Assembly (NCBI RefSeq): GCF_001949145.1
Contig: NW_019091362.1
Span: 1,557,838 to 1,621,837 of the forward strand
Origin: Acanthaster planci
Lineage: Eukaryota
Reading direction: 5' to 3'
Length of the DNA: 64,000 bases
The position numbers and the translations under genes were made by a program. The notes below the pieces were generated by a model, which saw nothing but the letters and a program-made list of their open reading frames with translations, had not been told where the DNA came from and did no database searches. This document shows positions 11,701 to 23,266 of this stretch, piece after piece. How positions within the stretch are numbered: position 1 is the stretch's first letter; every line of letters starts with the position of its first letter.

Positions 11701-14700
11701 TGCTGCGTCTGGCAGGGTTTGGGTTAAATTTGTTATTGATGTCAGGCTTCGGAAGAAATCTTTAATATTTTCACGTTTGTTTCTGTAGGTGACCGAACCA
11801 AAGCAGCCAGTTTAGACTTCTCGGAACTCCTCCCTGAAGATCTGGAAGAGCAGGTCAAACTTGCAGCTGAGATCTCAATGGGAACAGAAATATCCGACGA
11901 CGACTTTCAAAATATTCTCTATCTTTGCGAACAGGTGATCCATGTTGTAGCCTGACATTTTTTTTGTTCACTGCCATGATCGTTTGAATGCTCGCTCACT
12001 GTCACTAGAGACTTTAAAATTGGCATGGAGAAATGTGGTTTGAAGAGAAATTTTGCTGAAGTGATGACATAGGAATTGCCGGCTGAAAAACTATGACGAC
12101 CGTATCAATCCAACCCTGATCAGCAGTGAACTTTTCAAACCATTGACTAGTCCCGCACCCTTCTGCTTCATCCAAAGTCCTCTGATGTGACTAGTGCCAC
12201 ATTCTTTGTATTTCAAATGGTTTCACCATGTCAGTGTTAACTCTTGGGGAAAAAGTGAAGAGACAAACCTGTTCAAAGATTTCAAGATCAAGAACTGAAA
12301 ATTTTGAGACACCTTGAATTTTTTGGCACTTGAAATCAAAGAAACAAACTACGAGCCAAAGATTGTGTGAATCGCTTGTTTCTTTCAGGAACAAGAGAGG
12401 GTGTGCTTTAACATAACAGGTCCTTTTGGGTTCGTTGAATGTATGGTTTGTCTGCTCATGCCCAGTGCTCTTAACCCTTTCGCGCCGGTAATTCTTTTGA
12501 CCGTGACTGCTGGGCTGTGGTATGCCCTGAATGGAAGGCTTTGTCCATCAGCAGGCCCCATTGAACCAGCAGCTGCATGGTGAATAGACTGTATGTGTGG
12601 TATGCACTAATCCTCACACAAAGCCGTGGCTGTCAACGGTTCCGGTGCGAAGGGGTTAACAGAGTCTGGTTGGAATGCTTCTTGACAGCATAGGACCACT
12701 GTGCTAATGAGGGAGTGTTTCAGGTGTGGGCTGATAATGCCTGTTACTGTCAGGCTGGTTATGTTTGTTAAGCTTATCAGCTAGCCCAGCAGTGTTTGTC
12801 TGCCGTAAACTTGAGGTCCCACAGCGGCACGTAGATCGACGTGCGTTGCCGTCAGAATTGATTTGTTAGTCATTGACTTGGTCGCCTTGCAGGTGATAGA
12901 GATAACGGAATACAGAGCCCAACTGTACGACTACCTGAAGAACAGAATGCAGGCCATAGCACCCAACCTGACCACATTGGTCGGTGAACTAGTCGGAGCA
13001 AGACTAATAGCACACGCAGGTAAAAATTAACCCCGCACTAACCACTTGCTGCTGGGTGGTTTGAAAAATGCAGTGCACACAATCGGGACTTTTTCCAGAT
13101 TTTTCAGTTGTCAAAATTCTTCAAAAATTCATCATATCAATTAATGGACGTTTACACCCACACGAGTTACTGTCTGGTGGCCACTCTAGTCTGACAGACA
13201 AAAGCTATTGACGCCCGAGTATTTCAGCCAGGCCTGCAACCTTGTAAAAAGAGCCCAGATTGTGCGGTGTTATGTAACTTTCTTTTGTTCACAAACCTGG
13301 CACAGTGCACTGCTGACCTCTTCAATAGGAGCCAGATTAGCATGCCGGTGGTGGAGCACTTTTGTCACCGATGGTAATCTGCTCGCACTAAATGCCTCAA
13401 ACAGTGGTAAACTGTTTCAAAACAAGGCTGAATTATCTCCATTATTGAGTGTGAAAAAAATGTTGGTAATGCCCAACAGCCTGGTCTTTTGTTCCGAGAA
13501 CCGTCTTTTGTTACAAGGCCCAGTTCCCTTCGTCCGATTTCAGAGACCCCGGCTATGCTTATAAACACACGGTGCCCGAAACTTGGCTCCCCAGCAGGAA
13601 GTGGTCAATAGTGTCCAGTTTCTATTTGATTTGTGCTTTGTGTGCCAGTGATAATCATTGCCATGGTGTGTTGCTCTGTTTGGCAGAGATCATGCCATTA
13701 CTGCAAGCGACTCTTTTAACTACACTCACGTGGAGACGTTCATTTATTACTTAAACTTAAGTACTTGTTTATTTCCTTAACCCTAACTTTCCCCAACCAC
13801 ACAGAATTAAACAGTAGTAAAGTGTTTAATTCTGTGGGGATAGGTCTGGTAGGCCCATAACAGCTGGCTTTTGCATTCGGTTTGGCATACCTCAGAAAAA
13901 CAAAGTCCAACAGCCTCTGTGCATAAAGTCCCGTACGGGTGTTGAACTTTGTGTGAATGGGGAAGGTTAGGGCCGGCAACCCTTGGGGTATTAGGGTTAA
14001 GTTGTACCTGTACTGTGCCTTTGATCAGTTCTATTGAGACGGTGCATTATTAATTTTCAATTATTATTAAGTATTATTTGTCAGTGACTTTTTAAGAGAT
14101 AGAGATTGTGTTAGAGTACAAGAATTTCCAACATGGCTGCCTCGCTTGTACCATGTAATAGAATTGTTGTTGAGCGGGAGAGTTTTGAAATTCTTGTTAT
14201 TGAAGTTGAAAGAGGATGAGTTGATATGCTACACTACTTGTGGTTAGAGGGGGGAAGGGGTGAAAGGTGAAAAGTAAGGCGTACGTACGCAGAGCAATAA
14301 TATACACAGAATTGTCATGACGCATGAACTGTCCCCCCCCAACCACTTGGATCTTACCAATACTAGCATCACCAGGCAAAGGGTAATATGGAAATTCATA
14401 CAAAGGGGAGGTGCCACGCACACGGAAAGGGGGTCGGAAATGTCAGCATTTTGTGTGTACATACCTAATGGAAGGCCTCTCGTGAGACTTTCTCGTCAAT
14501 TTTTTATTTGAAGTGATAAAGTTGCACTTTGGGTGTCCCATGACTTTCATTACTGACAGAGAGCCAGTGTTGTGGGTCCTGAAGTTCAAACCTGTAGAGA
14601 CTAGCCTGGTTTTTTAGTAGCATAGTTCATTGCATTATTAGTGCTGGAGTGATGTAGGATGTGGTGGGAGAGATCTGTCACTGCTGAAGTGATGACCAAG

Positions 14701-17700
14701 GAAAAGCCGTCTGACAGCTCTGACGACTGTATCAATCCAACCCTGATCATCAGTGTCAAATTTCAACCTGCCTCAAGATTTTTTTTAAAATAGATAAGTA
14801 CCAGGGGGTGTGAACCACCGTGTGTACCATGCGCACTAGTGAAAGGAGTCCACAAGTCAGCATTTTGTGCGATGTGCTTTATGAACGGCCCCTAATGAGT
14901 CTGAGGATGAGAATGCTGTGGTGCTTTGAGACTCGGGCCGTGTCCGAAACGGGCTTCCAGAGCTATGGCTAGGTCTGTTGTCTACACGTCTCCACACATT
15001 TCCAATGGAGCGAAGACCTAGACCTAGCTCTAGAATCAGATTCGGATGCAGCCTCAAAATTAAATGCATCAGTGGCAGGTGCACTTCTATCTTCGCCATT
15101 TTGTTTTTGGATGCAGGGTCGTTGATGAATCTAGCCAAGCATCCCTCCTCCACAGTGCAAATCCTTGGGGCTGAGAAGGCCTTATTTAGGGCTCTCAAAA
15201 CAAAGAAGGACACGCCCAAATATGGTTTAATCTATCACGCCTCATTGGTCGGACAGACAAACCCCAAGAACAAGGGCAAGGTATGGCCACTGAGCAATTC
15301 TTAAAAGTTATAAGCTATAAGATAAAAAGAAAGGAGTGCTTTTTATACGTCAGAAATGTTTGTCTATTGGCACCTAATCGGTCAAAACCATCTTATTTTG
15401 AAAAAGCATTGTTGGGTAACTGATGTTCCGTGTCTGTCATGAATGTTTCAAAAATTGTAAGCAAGAGATTAAATTGCAAGTTGCATCAAGCCACATAGGC
15501 TGTTTAACAGTTGATAGTGGAAAGAACAGTGGGCAAATTTGTGGAAGCTTTGTAACCCTACAATTTTTGCCAAGTAAACAAATTTTATACAGCAGTAAGA
15601 CATCAGTAGTGTTCCCATTGACTGTTGATCAGTGTTTGGCATGTAAATTGGTCAGGCAGCCTTTTTCCCTCCATTATCAGTGCAGTTGGTACAGGTCAAG
15701 TTTAACAACCCGCTGTTTGTGATGTCCTTCCTCACGTTTTCTTGCAGTTGTCTCGTATGCTGGCTGCCAAGACATCCCTGGCGATCCGCGTGGATGCCTT
15801 GGGTGAGGACAACGATATGGAGATCGGTATTCAGAGCAGAGCCAAGGTTGAGGCCAGGCTGAGGCAGCTGGAGGAAGGAGCAGTAAGTCGGGCAATCTCT
15901 GAATTTACATGGCTGCGGTCTGAAATTATGAACAAGTCTATGCTTGTGGCTGCAGCCAGGCCCCATAGGGTTGTGTGTAATCTCAAGCCATAGCTAAGTG
16001 AATTGGACGCGGCCTTTCAGCCCGATTGCATGGGCAATTTTGAATGTTTAGAACAGTGCCCATTTCAATATACTCAACCCCTCCCTCAAGATGCCAAAGT
16101 GTTTTCAGGCATTAAGTCAAAGTAAAATGTTGCAGGGTAAGTGCATCTAGACACATCATCGCCCATACCCTTCCAGGCACAAGTATGGTTTGCATCCTAG
16201 CTTGGTTGCCACTGCAATAATGGCACACGATCTGCCCGCGTGATTAGTTTTTGTGACGATTGATGTTCAGTGGTTCAGCATCAGACAACATTGGAATAGA
16301 ACATTTCAGCTCCCCTTTCATACTTCACTATCCCAAGTGGCACTGCACTGCTGACATGATGACTGAGGAATTGCCATCCGACAAACTTTTGATGACAGTC
16401 AATCCAACTCTCATCAGCGCTGCTCTTCAAAAGTTTATCCAGTCCACTGCATTTCTTCTATTTGTAATGTTTCAAAGGAGTGTGTGGAAGCTTGAAGGTT
16501 CGCTTCTCTCTGTGCAGCAATACACAGGCATGCACCTTTTCCTCAGATCAGCTGATTTCCTCGTTTGCGACTTCACATTCATGCCATTGAAAATTGAAAA
16601 ACACTGTGCAAAGTCTTGTGAAGATTGGAACTTTGTCGTATTCGGTCAAAGTCCAAGTTGCATGTCTGCATACATGAACTCATTTCAAAATAATAAAAAT
16701 ATAACTTTAATGATATGAAAATATTTTTGTAGTGTGTTTGTTGAGGTCATTTGGATCTTGAAGTCAGCTGAAATTATGATAGACCAAAATTTCTAGGTCA
16801 TTTGACAAAGATTCTTCCATTATTAAACCCAGGGTAAAGGCACTCTCATCTTAAAGTGTTTTCCAGTGGTAAGGTGTAGCTTAACCCCTTCTCACCGGGA
16901 AGCGGTAAGAGCCGCTGTTAAAATTGAGATCCCTCAGCCCGCTTTTCAGCTATTATTCTCGGCCGCGCTCAAGCGAACACGGTGAAAGAAGGCATACCCT
17001 GGCTCTTGTATAGATGGTAATTGAATTTGTGTGTTGCCAAGAAATGAAAGGGCTGAATTTTCATCATAATCACCAGCTTCACAATAGTCCCTACTTTGAA
17101 AAGGCAACGGGAATGTGGAAGCGTGAGTAGAGCTGCATGCCACCGAACAATGAGCCTTTTCGCTGTGTAAATCAAAGCGTGCAGAGCACGCAGGGCCACA
17201 AACCGAGACTTTTCGGTTTGACAGGTGGCATTCGTGGTCAAGCGAGGCTGAAATTCTCGGAGTCGGCTTTCAGAAAAAAGTCCCGATGTCAAGGGGTTAA
17301 GTGTGACTTTTCTAGATACTTCAAAATCTACTGGGAGATTGGGGAGGAATTTGTAGGATAGGGGAAGATAGAACCATATTTTCTTTTAAACACCGTTTCA
17401 AGTTTGGCTCAGGATTCCTAAATTCTGCTGAAGTATACAGAGACTAATTTTAATTCAGTGGACCCATGGGTGATCTTGGCCAGTAATGCAAGGAAGGTAG
17501 ACCGTACGTGTGCGATTGCTTTACAACCGAAAGCATCAAGTTTTGGGGCCATCTAGCTGATGTCTTGATGTATGTTGATGTATGTTTTTTCCCCTAGATG
17601 CATCGCATCAGTGGGACAGGCAAGGCCAAAGCCCGTACAGACAAGTACCACCATAAGAGCGAGATCCGTACCTACAACCCCGCTCAGGACTCCACCCTGC

Positions 17701-20700
17701 CCTCGGTGCCAAAGAAGAGGAAGCTGGACGATGACGAAGAAGGAGACAGCAAAGCTCAGGTGGCAGTAGCGGTGAAGAGAGTGAAGATGGAGCCTCTAGA
17801 AGAGGGAGAGACGGAAACGCCAGAGAAGAAAAAGAAGAAGAAAAAGAAGAAGGCTGTCAAGGAAGAAGTAGATACCTCAATAGTCAAGGTGGAGGCGACA
17901 GAAGGTAATATATTCAGGTCCCTGTTGCGCTGACTTTGGAGAGGATAGAGATCTTCTCCTCTCAGTGGCTGAAATGATGTAGGAAAGAATCGCTGTCTGA
18001 AATCTGTGAGGACAACGTAAACACTGATCAGCTCTGTTCCCTAGCAACACCTCATCCCACTTTTGCAGTCTCAAGCAGGAGGAGGTTGGGTGGCAAAGTG
18101 CAGTGAGGGCCACTCTCAGAGTGACAATTGAGTTAAATAAAAGGTTAAAGTGATCAATATGCCCACAGTTAGTTTCACAATGTCAACTAACTGCTGAATT
18201 TAAGTCTTGTAACATCGTCTTTTCGGATTTTACTCCCATTTCTTTTTAGAACCAGAAGAAAGGACCCTGTCGGAAAAGAAAAAAAAGAAGAAAAAGAAGA
18301 TAAAATCTGAAGGGGGCACCGAAGCGGACACAACACTCACAGAACCTGAAACGGTAAGTTTAATTGCTTGTATTACTATAAACTCATGGGAACCAGTGTT
18401 TATGTTGGTTTGTGCACGTGTAGGGCGGAGCGTGCTCAGTCAATTTTCATTTGAATGTGCACAAAGTGGCAACAACTCGTTTGTTACATGGAGACAGTTG
18501 GTGGGTGAAATCTTGGTTTGATAACTCGAAGCTTGAAGTTGGGCTCGACCCATAAGGGAACGAGTCCTTACTCCCTGCAGGGCTGACATTTTCAGTCTGC
18601 TTTATCATCTCCATTTCAGACTAGAATTTTGGTTAGTAAGTTTGTTCAGTTTGAGATCTCATGACACTCTGACCTCCAAGTTTTCATTAGTCAGGTGAAA
18701 ATGGGCATTGGTAATTGCTTTCCTAATGAGAATATAAAGGAGTATTTTTGAGGTCCGAGGTGAGCATTTTAGCAACGCAGTCTCTCAAATTTCAATCCCT
18801 GAAGCTGCTACAAGTGACATTCAGGTGTCATCTTAGTTGTGTGCCATGATGTATCGTTCGCTCGTTAAATCAATGCAGTGAGAGACTGCCCTTGTCATTA
18901 AGTGCAGTTCATTAGATTATCATTAGTGCTGGAGTGATGTAGGATGTGGCGGGAGAGATCTGTCACTGCTGAAGTGATGACCAAGGAAAAGCCGTCTGAC
19001 AGCTCTGACGACTGTATCAATCCAACCCTGATCATCAGTGTCAAATTTCAACCTGCCTCAAGATTTTGAAGACTACCCTTTGTTTTGTTTTTTCTGCCCC
19101 CTCACTTTGAAACCAAAAAATGAGTTTGAAAAAATATGAAGAAAAATCACTCCATGCTTCAACAAGCATAGTCGTGGAAAGTGGGCCCTGTTCTGGATGT
19201 GTGAAAATTGGGACGGAATGCTTGAGCACCCAACTATTGGTGTTGGGAACTGGTTACTCAACCCCAACCAACCATTCCAAGTCCTCCAAAATCTTCCTTG
19301 CAGAAGAGTAGGACTTGAAAGACTTCGGCTGTGCGGCAAAGAAAGGTGTGGTTCATGTCAAAGGATGCAAGGTCAAGGTCTTTGTTCTCAGGCATGCATA
19401 AATTAAGGCCAAGATTGTAAATCATCCACACTACTCCAGGAGATCATTTGCACATCCTGAATGTATTGACAGGAGTTGCCGGTGGATTTTGAAGGATTGG
19501 GTCTGTTTTCAAGAAATAATGGAAGATTTGGGAGGATAAAGACGGTATCAAATTTTTCAATAGGGGCAGCTTGGGGATGTCGGAGAGACTGAGGTTTCAT
19601 CCTAGCAAAAGGCCTTGGGAGTTGGGATAAATAACATCTCAGAAAATAAAAGGAGTAAATTTTAAAAGGTTTAAAAAAGGTTTTAAGGAAAAGAAAGGGG
19701 GAAATCTCTGTGTTGTGCTTTAACACATTTTAAAATTTTGTGAGCAAAGATTGTTGATCAATTTTTGGGGTTTGGCAGAATTGAAGATTTGAATTTTTGG
19801 GGGTTTCTTAACCGAGCACCCAGGAATTCAACAGCGTGCCGGGTTCTCTCACCAACCATAAATGCTCAACACCAGGTCCTGTGTTATGGGTCGTTATCCA
19901 GTTAATCCCTATAAGCAGGATTTACAAGATTACTGGAATTTAGCCTGACTTCTTACACAGGCTATGCAGCCATCTTCCCAGTCAGTGCCTTAGTTGTGGG
20001 GAATATGCACAAAGAGCCTACTCATGTGTATCCCTATGGTATTTAAAAAAAACACTGACCAGAAAGATGGCTGCCCTGCCTAACCTCTATAATCCTTTCC
20101 AAGGCATGTCGGATTTGACTGTTCAGAACGTCCCCATTTCATTATTGGGTGACAACCTTTTAAGTTGGTGAGGTGACTTTGATCTGCTGCCAAATATTTC
20201 CAATTGGTTGAAGGACCATTCACTTGACAAAGGTCTTGCTGTTCTGGAAATGTGTCTGACACCACTCACTACCTTGTTGCTTATTTTGAGAGTAACATTT
20301 TCTTGGCTTAGTCATTACAGCAACATGTATGCATTGCCTGACATCAGTGAGCCAAACAAAGACTGTAAATAAATCCCAAGGATCAATATCATACAATGGG
20401 CATTACCCCGATTAGAGTCTGGATCTGTCCACCCATGGAAGCCGGAGAAAGCAATCTGATTCAACTGAGTGACGTCGTGAAAGACTTGACAAAGAACAGG
20501 GGTCACTGTGCGTAGTGGTGCACATTTATAGGCAGTGTGGGAACCAGGTGCCCGTTTGAAGTAAAACACTGGCATCCTGGTTCCTTCAAAAGAAACCTAA
20601 CCCTAAATTTCACAGAAAATCCCAGGTAATAATGCAAATTGCTATTCAAATGCTTACAACCAACCTCTAGCTAGTACACACACCAAATGCGCCGTGCGTT

Positions 20701-20849
20701 TCATGTTTCCTGGTTTATAAAGTGGCTGACCTTTGCTATAGTTTTGTAGTTTCCTCGTTTCCTGAATCACACTCTCTTTGTTTCCATTTTTTACTTCCCA
20801 GCCAAGCACAGAGAAGAAGAAGAAAAAGAAGAAAAAGGGGAAGGAGTGA
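5736..20849 (+). CDS. NOP58: Nucleolar protein 58 (box C/D snoRNP core protein), 14 coding exons
   Basis: Exons 5736-5780, 7396-7472, 8014-8066, 8876-9000, 9886-10022, 10594-10658, 11254-11388, 11789-11934, 12893-13019, 15117-15280, 15748-15882, 17598-17904, 18250-18353, 20802-20849. Translation: [15 protein letters not shown]...[27 protein letters not shown]...[26 protein letters not shown]...[64 protein letters not shown]..., ending in a K/E-rich tail. Confidence 0.97.
8421..8496 (+). ncRNA. SNORD11: Box C/D snoRNA, SNORD11-like (18S Gm509-equivalent guide), NOP58 intron 3
   Basis: Terminal stem AGTTGTC/GACAACT, box C GTGATGA 8429-8435, box D CTGA 8486-8489. Guide CGTCACTACCTC is antisense to conserved 18S GAGGUAGUGACG; the D+5 rule points to GA[G]GUAG. 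Confidence 0.88.
9411..9513 (+). ncRNA. SNORD16: Box C/D snoRNA, U16/SNORD16-like (18S Am484-equivalent guide), NOP58 intron 4
   Basis: Stem AGTGC/GCACT, box C GTGATGA 9417-9423, guide TAATTTGCGC + D' CCGA antisense to 18S GCGCAAAUUA, U16-type internal hairpin TGACAG-acgccta-CTGTCA, box D CTGA 9505-9508. Confidence 0.85.
10298..10381 (+). ncRNA. SNORD70: Box C/D snoRNA, SNORD70-like (18S Am512-equivalent guide), NOP58 intron 5
   Basis: Stem GGGCTGTC/GACGGCCC, box C ATGATGT 10307-10313, guide TTCGTCACTACCT directly before box D CTGA 10370-10373; D+5 points to GGU[A]GUG. Confidence 0.87.
10987..11085 (+). ncRNA. SNORD16: Second U16/SNORD16-like snoRNA copy, box D altered to CTAA, NOP58 intron 6
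   Basis: Near-identical to 9411-9513 from box C (ATGATGA 10991-10997) through the internal hairpin. The box D position reads CTAA (11079-11082) and the terminal stem is weak. Confidence 0.7.
12054..12125 (+). ncRNA. Dual-guide box C/D snoRNA (SNORD49-type D' guide + SNORD69-type D guide), copy 1, NOP58 intron 8
   Basis: Stem TGCTGA/TCAGCA, box C GTGATGA 12061-12067, D' guide ATAGGAATTGCCG + CTGA, C' ATGACGA, D guide TCAATCCAACC + CTGA 12116-12119. Confidence 0.85.
12471..12659. mobile_element. TTAA-flanked (piggyBac-like) MITE
   Basis: TTAA-CCCTTTCGCGCCGG ... CCGGTGCGAAGGGG-TTAA. Confidence 0.7.
13038..13608 (+). mobile_element. ~570-590 bp TTAA-type MITE family A, copy 1
   Basis: TIR CCACTTGCTGCTGGG / CCCAGCAGGAAGTGG; internally homologous to 34630-35225, 36041-36635 and 46276-46869. 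Confidence 0.8.
14679..14755 (+). ncRNA. Dual-guide SNORD49/SNORD69-type snoRNA, copy 2, NOP58 intron 9
   Basis: Box C GTGATGA 14689-14695, AGGAAAAGCCGT-CTGA, C' CTGACGA, TCAATCCAACC-CTGA 14743-14746, stem CACTGCTGA/TCATCAGTG. Confidence 0.85.
14935..15054 (+). mobile_element. ~120-bp palindromic MITE family B (Harbinger-like ends), copy 1
   Basis: GGCCGTGTCCGAA...TTCGGATGCAGCC; nearly identical copy at 63215-63335 and a diverged copy at about 53286-53410. Confidence 0.7.
16349..16419 (+). ncRNA. Dual-guide SNORD49/SNORD69-type snoRNA, copy 3, degenerate (box D CTCA), NOP58 intron 11
   Basis: Box C ATGATGA 16356-16362, AGGAATTGCCAT-CCGA, C' TTGATGA, TCAATCCAACT-CTCA, stem GCTGA/TCAGC. Confidence 0.65.
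16881..17300. mobile_element. TTAA-flanked (piggyBac-like) MITE
   Basis: TTAA-CCCCTTCTCACCGGGA ... TCCCGATGTCAAGGGG-TTAA. Confidence 0.65.
17967..18033 (+). ncRNA. Candidate box C/D snoRNA, divergent/orphan, NOP58 intron 12
   Basis: Stem GGCTGA/TCAGCT, box C ATGATGT 17974-17980, D' CTGA 17997-18000, C'-like GTGAGGA, box D CTGA 18024-18027. Confidence 0.7.
18964..19040 (+). ncRNA. Dual-guide SNORD49/SNORD69-type snoRNA, copy 4, NOP58 intron 13
   Basis: Identical to copy 2; box C 18974-18980, box D 19028-19031. Confidence 0.85.
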
Positions 20850-23266
20850 GCCCCACCGCATTTCCTCCTCATTTTTCTTTTCCTCCCTTGTAATTTTTCT
20901 GTAAAATGTCTGGAGTTTCTGTAAAAAGGAATGTTCAATACCCATTTGTAGTCAACAGCTCGAACAGCCAAAATTGGTTGTTTGCCGCGGCCAGTATTTC
21001 AGTTCTGACAGAGATACAGACGGTTCTTAGGAACACGGGTCTCACAAATCATCTCCAGCCTCCCTGCCTCAGGCAGCATTTTGTCCTATGCATGCTTAGG
21101 TCTTGAGAAACCCCAAACTTGATGGATGTGCTGCAGAAGGCCACTTAAATTTTTCATTTTTATTAAACAAATTCTTTAGTAAAAGTTTTTGCTTTCCACT
21201 TGTATTAAATGTCATTCCCTTGCTTCTCCAGTGTCAAAACTTTTCTTTTTGGGGGTTCTAAATGAGGACCACAGTCCTCAATATCAAACTTTTGTGTATT
21301 AGTTTTTCCAGTGACCAGTATGGACGCATAGTAAAGCTCCATTAGATTTGCATTTTTGACAAATAAAATTCTTTATTGTCTCATGCATTTTGTAAAGACC
21401 TCCCTTCACAAGTTGTTGTTTATTTCATCTAAACTGTAATTGCATTTCTTTTGAACTTGTGCCTTTTAAACTCAACCACCAATTCCTCTACAATCCATTT
21501 CGGTTTTTCCCCTAAACTGATGAAATAAATACAGCCGTTAAATAGCCCCTCCTGCATCCTATTATTGAAAGATTTTTAATAAAGGAAACCTCTTCAAAAA
21601 ATATAAATGCGATGTGGATTTATACTGGCACCTGAAGTTCCTCAAGCAGTTCTGTTGACTCACCAGACTGGGCAAAGTTTTTTTTTTTACTTTTGTACAT
21701 AATCAGATGTATTTTCCCCTGTTTGGCAGTGACTTGAACGAGAATGTTATGAGGACCAGTTAAGATTGTTCTTATTTCTTCCATTCTTGTAATGCCTTGA
21801 AATCGGGCACAGTTCAGTTATAAGTTCCATTTGGACACCATGGTGACCTCTGGCACAATTTCTGATTGGCTTGATTTGTTCCATTCAAGCTTCATCCATG
21901 TACATGTACATGCATTTTAGACGTGCCTATTCTCCTGTGAACATAGTACATTGATTGAAAAGTTCATGTAAATGGTGTAACAACACAGAGCTGCGAGCAG
22001 TTTGGAAAGTGTCCCTCAAAAGGACAAACAGTTATTCGGGGGTGTGTTTTATGAAAGAACTTTTGATGATGCGTACCATGCTCCACTGCCTTCGTACATG
22101 TACATGTTCTAGGAACAGGATTCCATGCTGACCTTTTGACGTTCTTGTTCTAATGCAGCCTATTATTCTCTCTATTTTGGGAAACCTTGGGAGATGCAAC
22201 TTCAACTTGTAAACAACCCCATATCCCCCTCCCCAGCAGATCCACCTGCGCTTTGTTGTACAGTAATGAAGAATGGACTTACCACAAATAAGAGACACTT
22301 AAACCCTGACGGTCCCAAATCCTCCAATTTCAGTATGAGTTACATATACCGAAGGGTGTAGGTTAAATTAAATCATTTTTACACTATCGATACATGAGTG
22401 CATTGCTCAACATTGGTTGCATTTAAAAAACAATGTACATGTGCTTTGCCCATTTGCAAAATTTCGGACAACGTGGCAAATATTCCTAACCATAACCAGT
22501 TTTAGTAATCACTACACAGTGTTTTTTAATGCACTTCACATATTTGTGAGTTCTGGCATATCTGTCGAAGTGATCTTCTAGAGTTACCTGATATTTTTCC
22601 ATTGTGCGAGTTGGTTGGGTGTGAGTTGATGTTCACATGAATAGGTTTCTACTTGGCCTGTTGAGTAGAGAGACAATTGTCTCTTAAAACAGCAAGGTTG
22701 CCAGAACCAACTTCATTACTTTTCATGTAATAGCCGTATTATAAAAGGACTAGAAGAATACATGCCAAAAGAATTCAAAAGATTGAGACCCTGGGAAGGT
22801 GAGCTCTTGGCAACAGTTGTGGTATCACACTTCTCGTTATATACATGCATAGGTTATGCATCAAGGTAGAATTGGAGAGCAGGGGCTTTGTATCGCCAGG
22901 ATAGGCTCTAGTAAACTTTTTGTGCATCATTTCAATTAAATTAAAATGACAAAGAAAAGCTCGAAGGCGCCAGTAGTGCATAACCTTTTTTATAAAAGAG
23001 TCCACTTTAGGTTAAATATCCAAACTAGACAGTTGGATGACGACATACAGCAATCCAATTTATATTTTCTAAACTAATACATAACCAGTGTATTCAACCT
23101 TATTTTACATATATCCCCAGTGTAGCAAGCAAGAAGGTAAAAACAAAATTCTGAGAAGTGATTGCATTTGTATGAAACAAGCACAGAATAAAACACATTT
23201 TCTAATGGCATGACCCTGATGTCTTGGCAAGTATGTCCAGAACTGGTCGAGTTGAAGCATTTCTTT

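Noticed and set aside
14649..14680. GTGATGT followed by GGATGTGGT (U14-like 18S complement) upstream of snoRNA copies 2 and 4
   Set aside because: No properly placed box D or stem, and the match is altered in the duplicate; probably flank coincidence.
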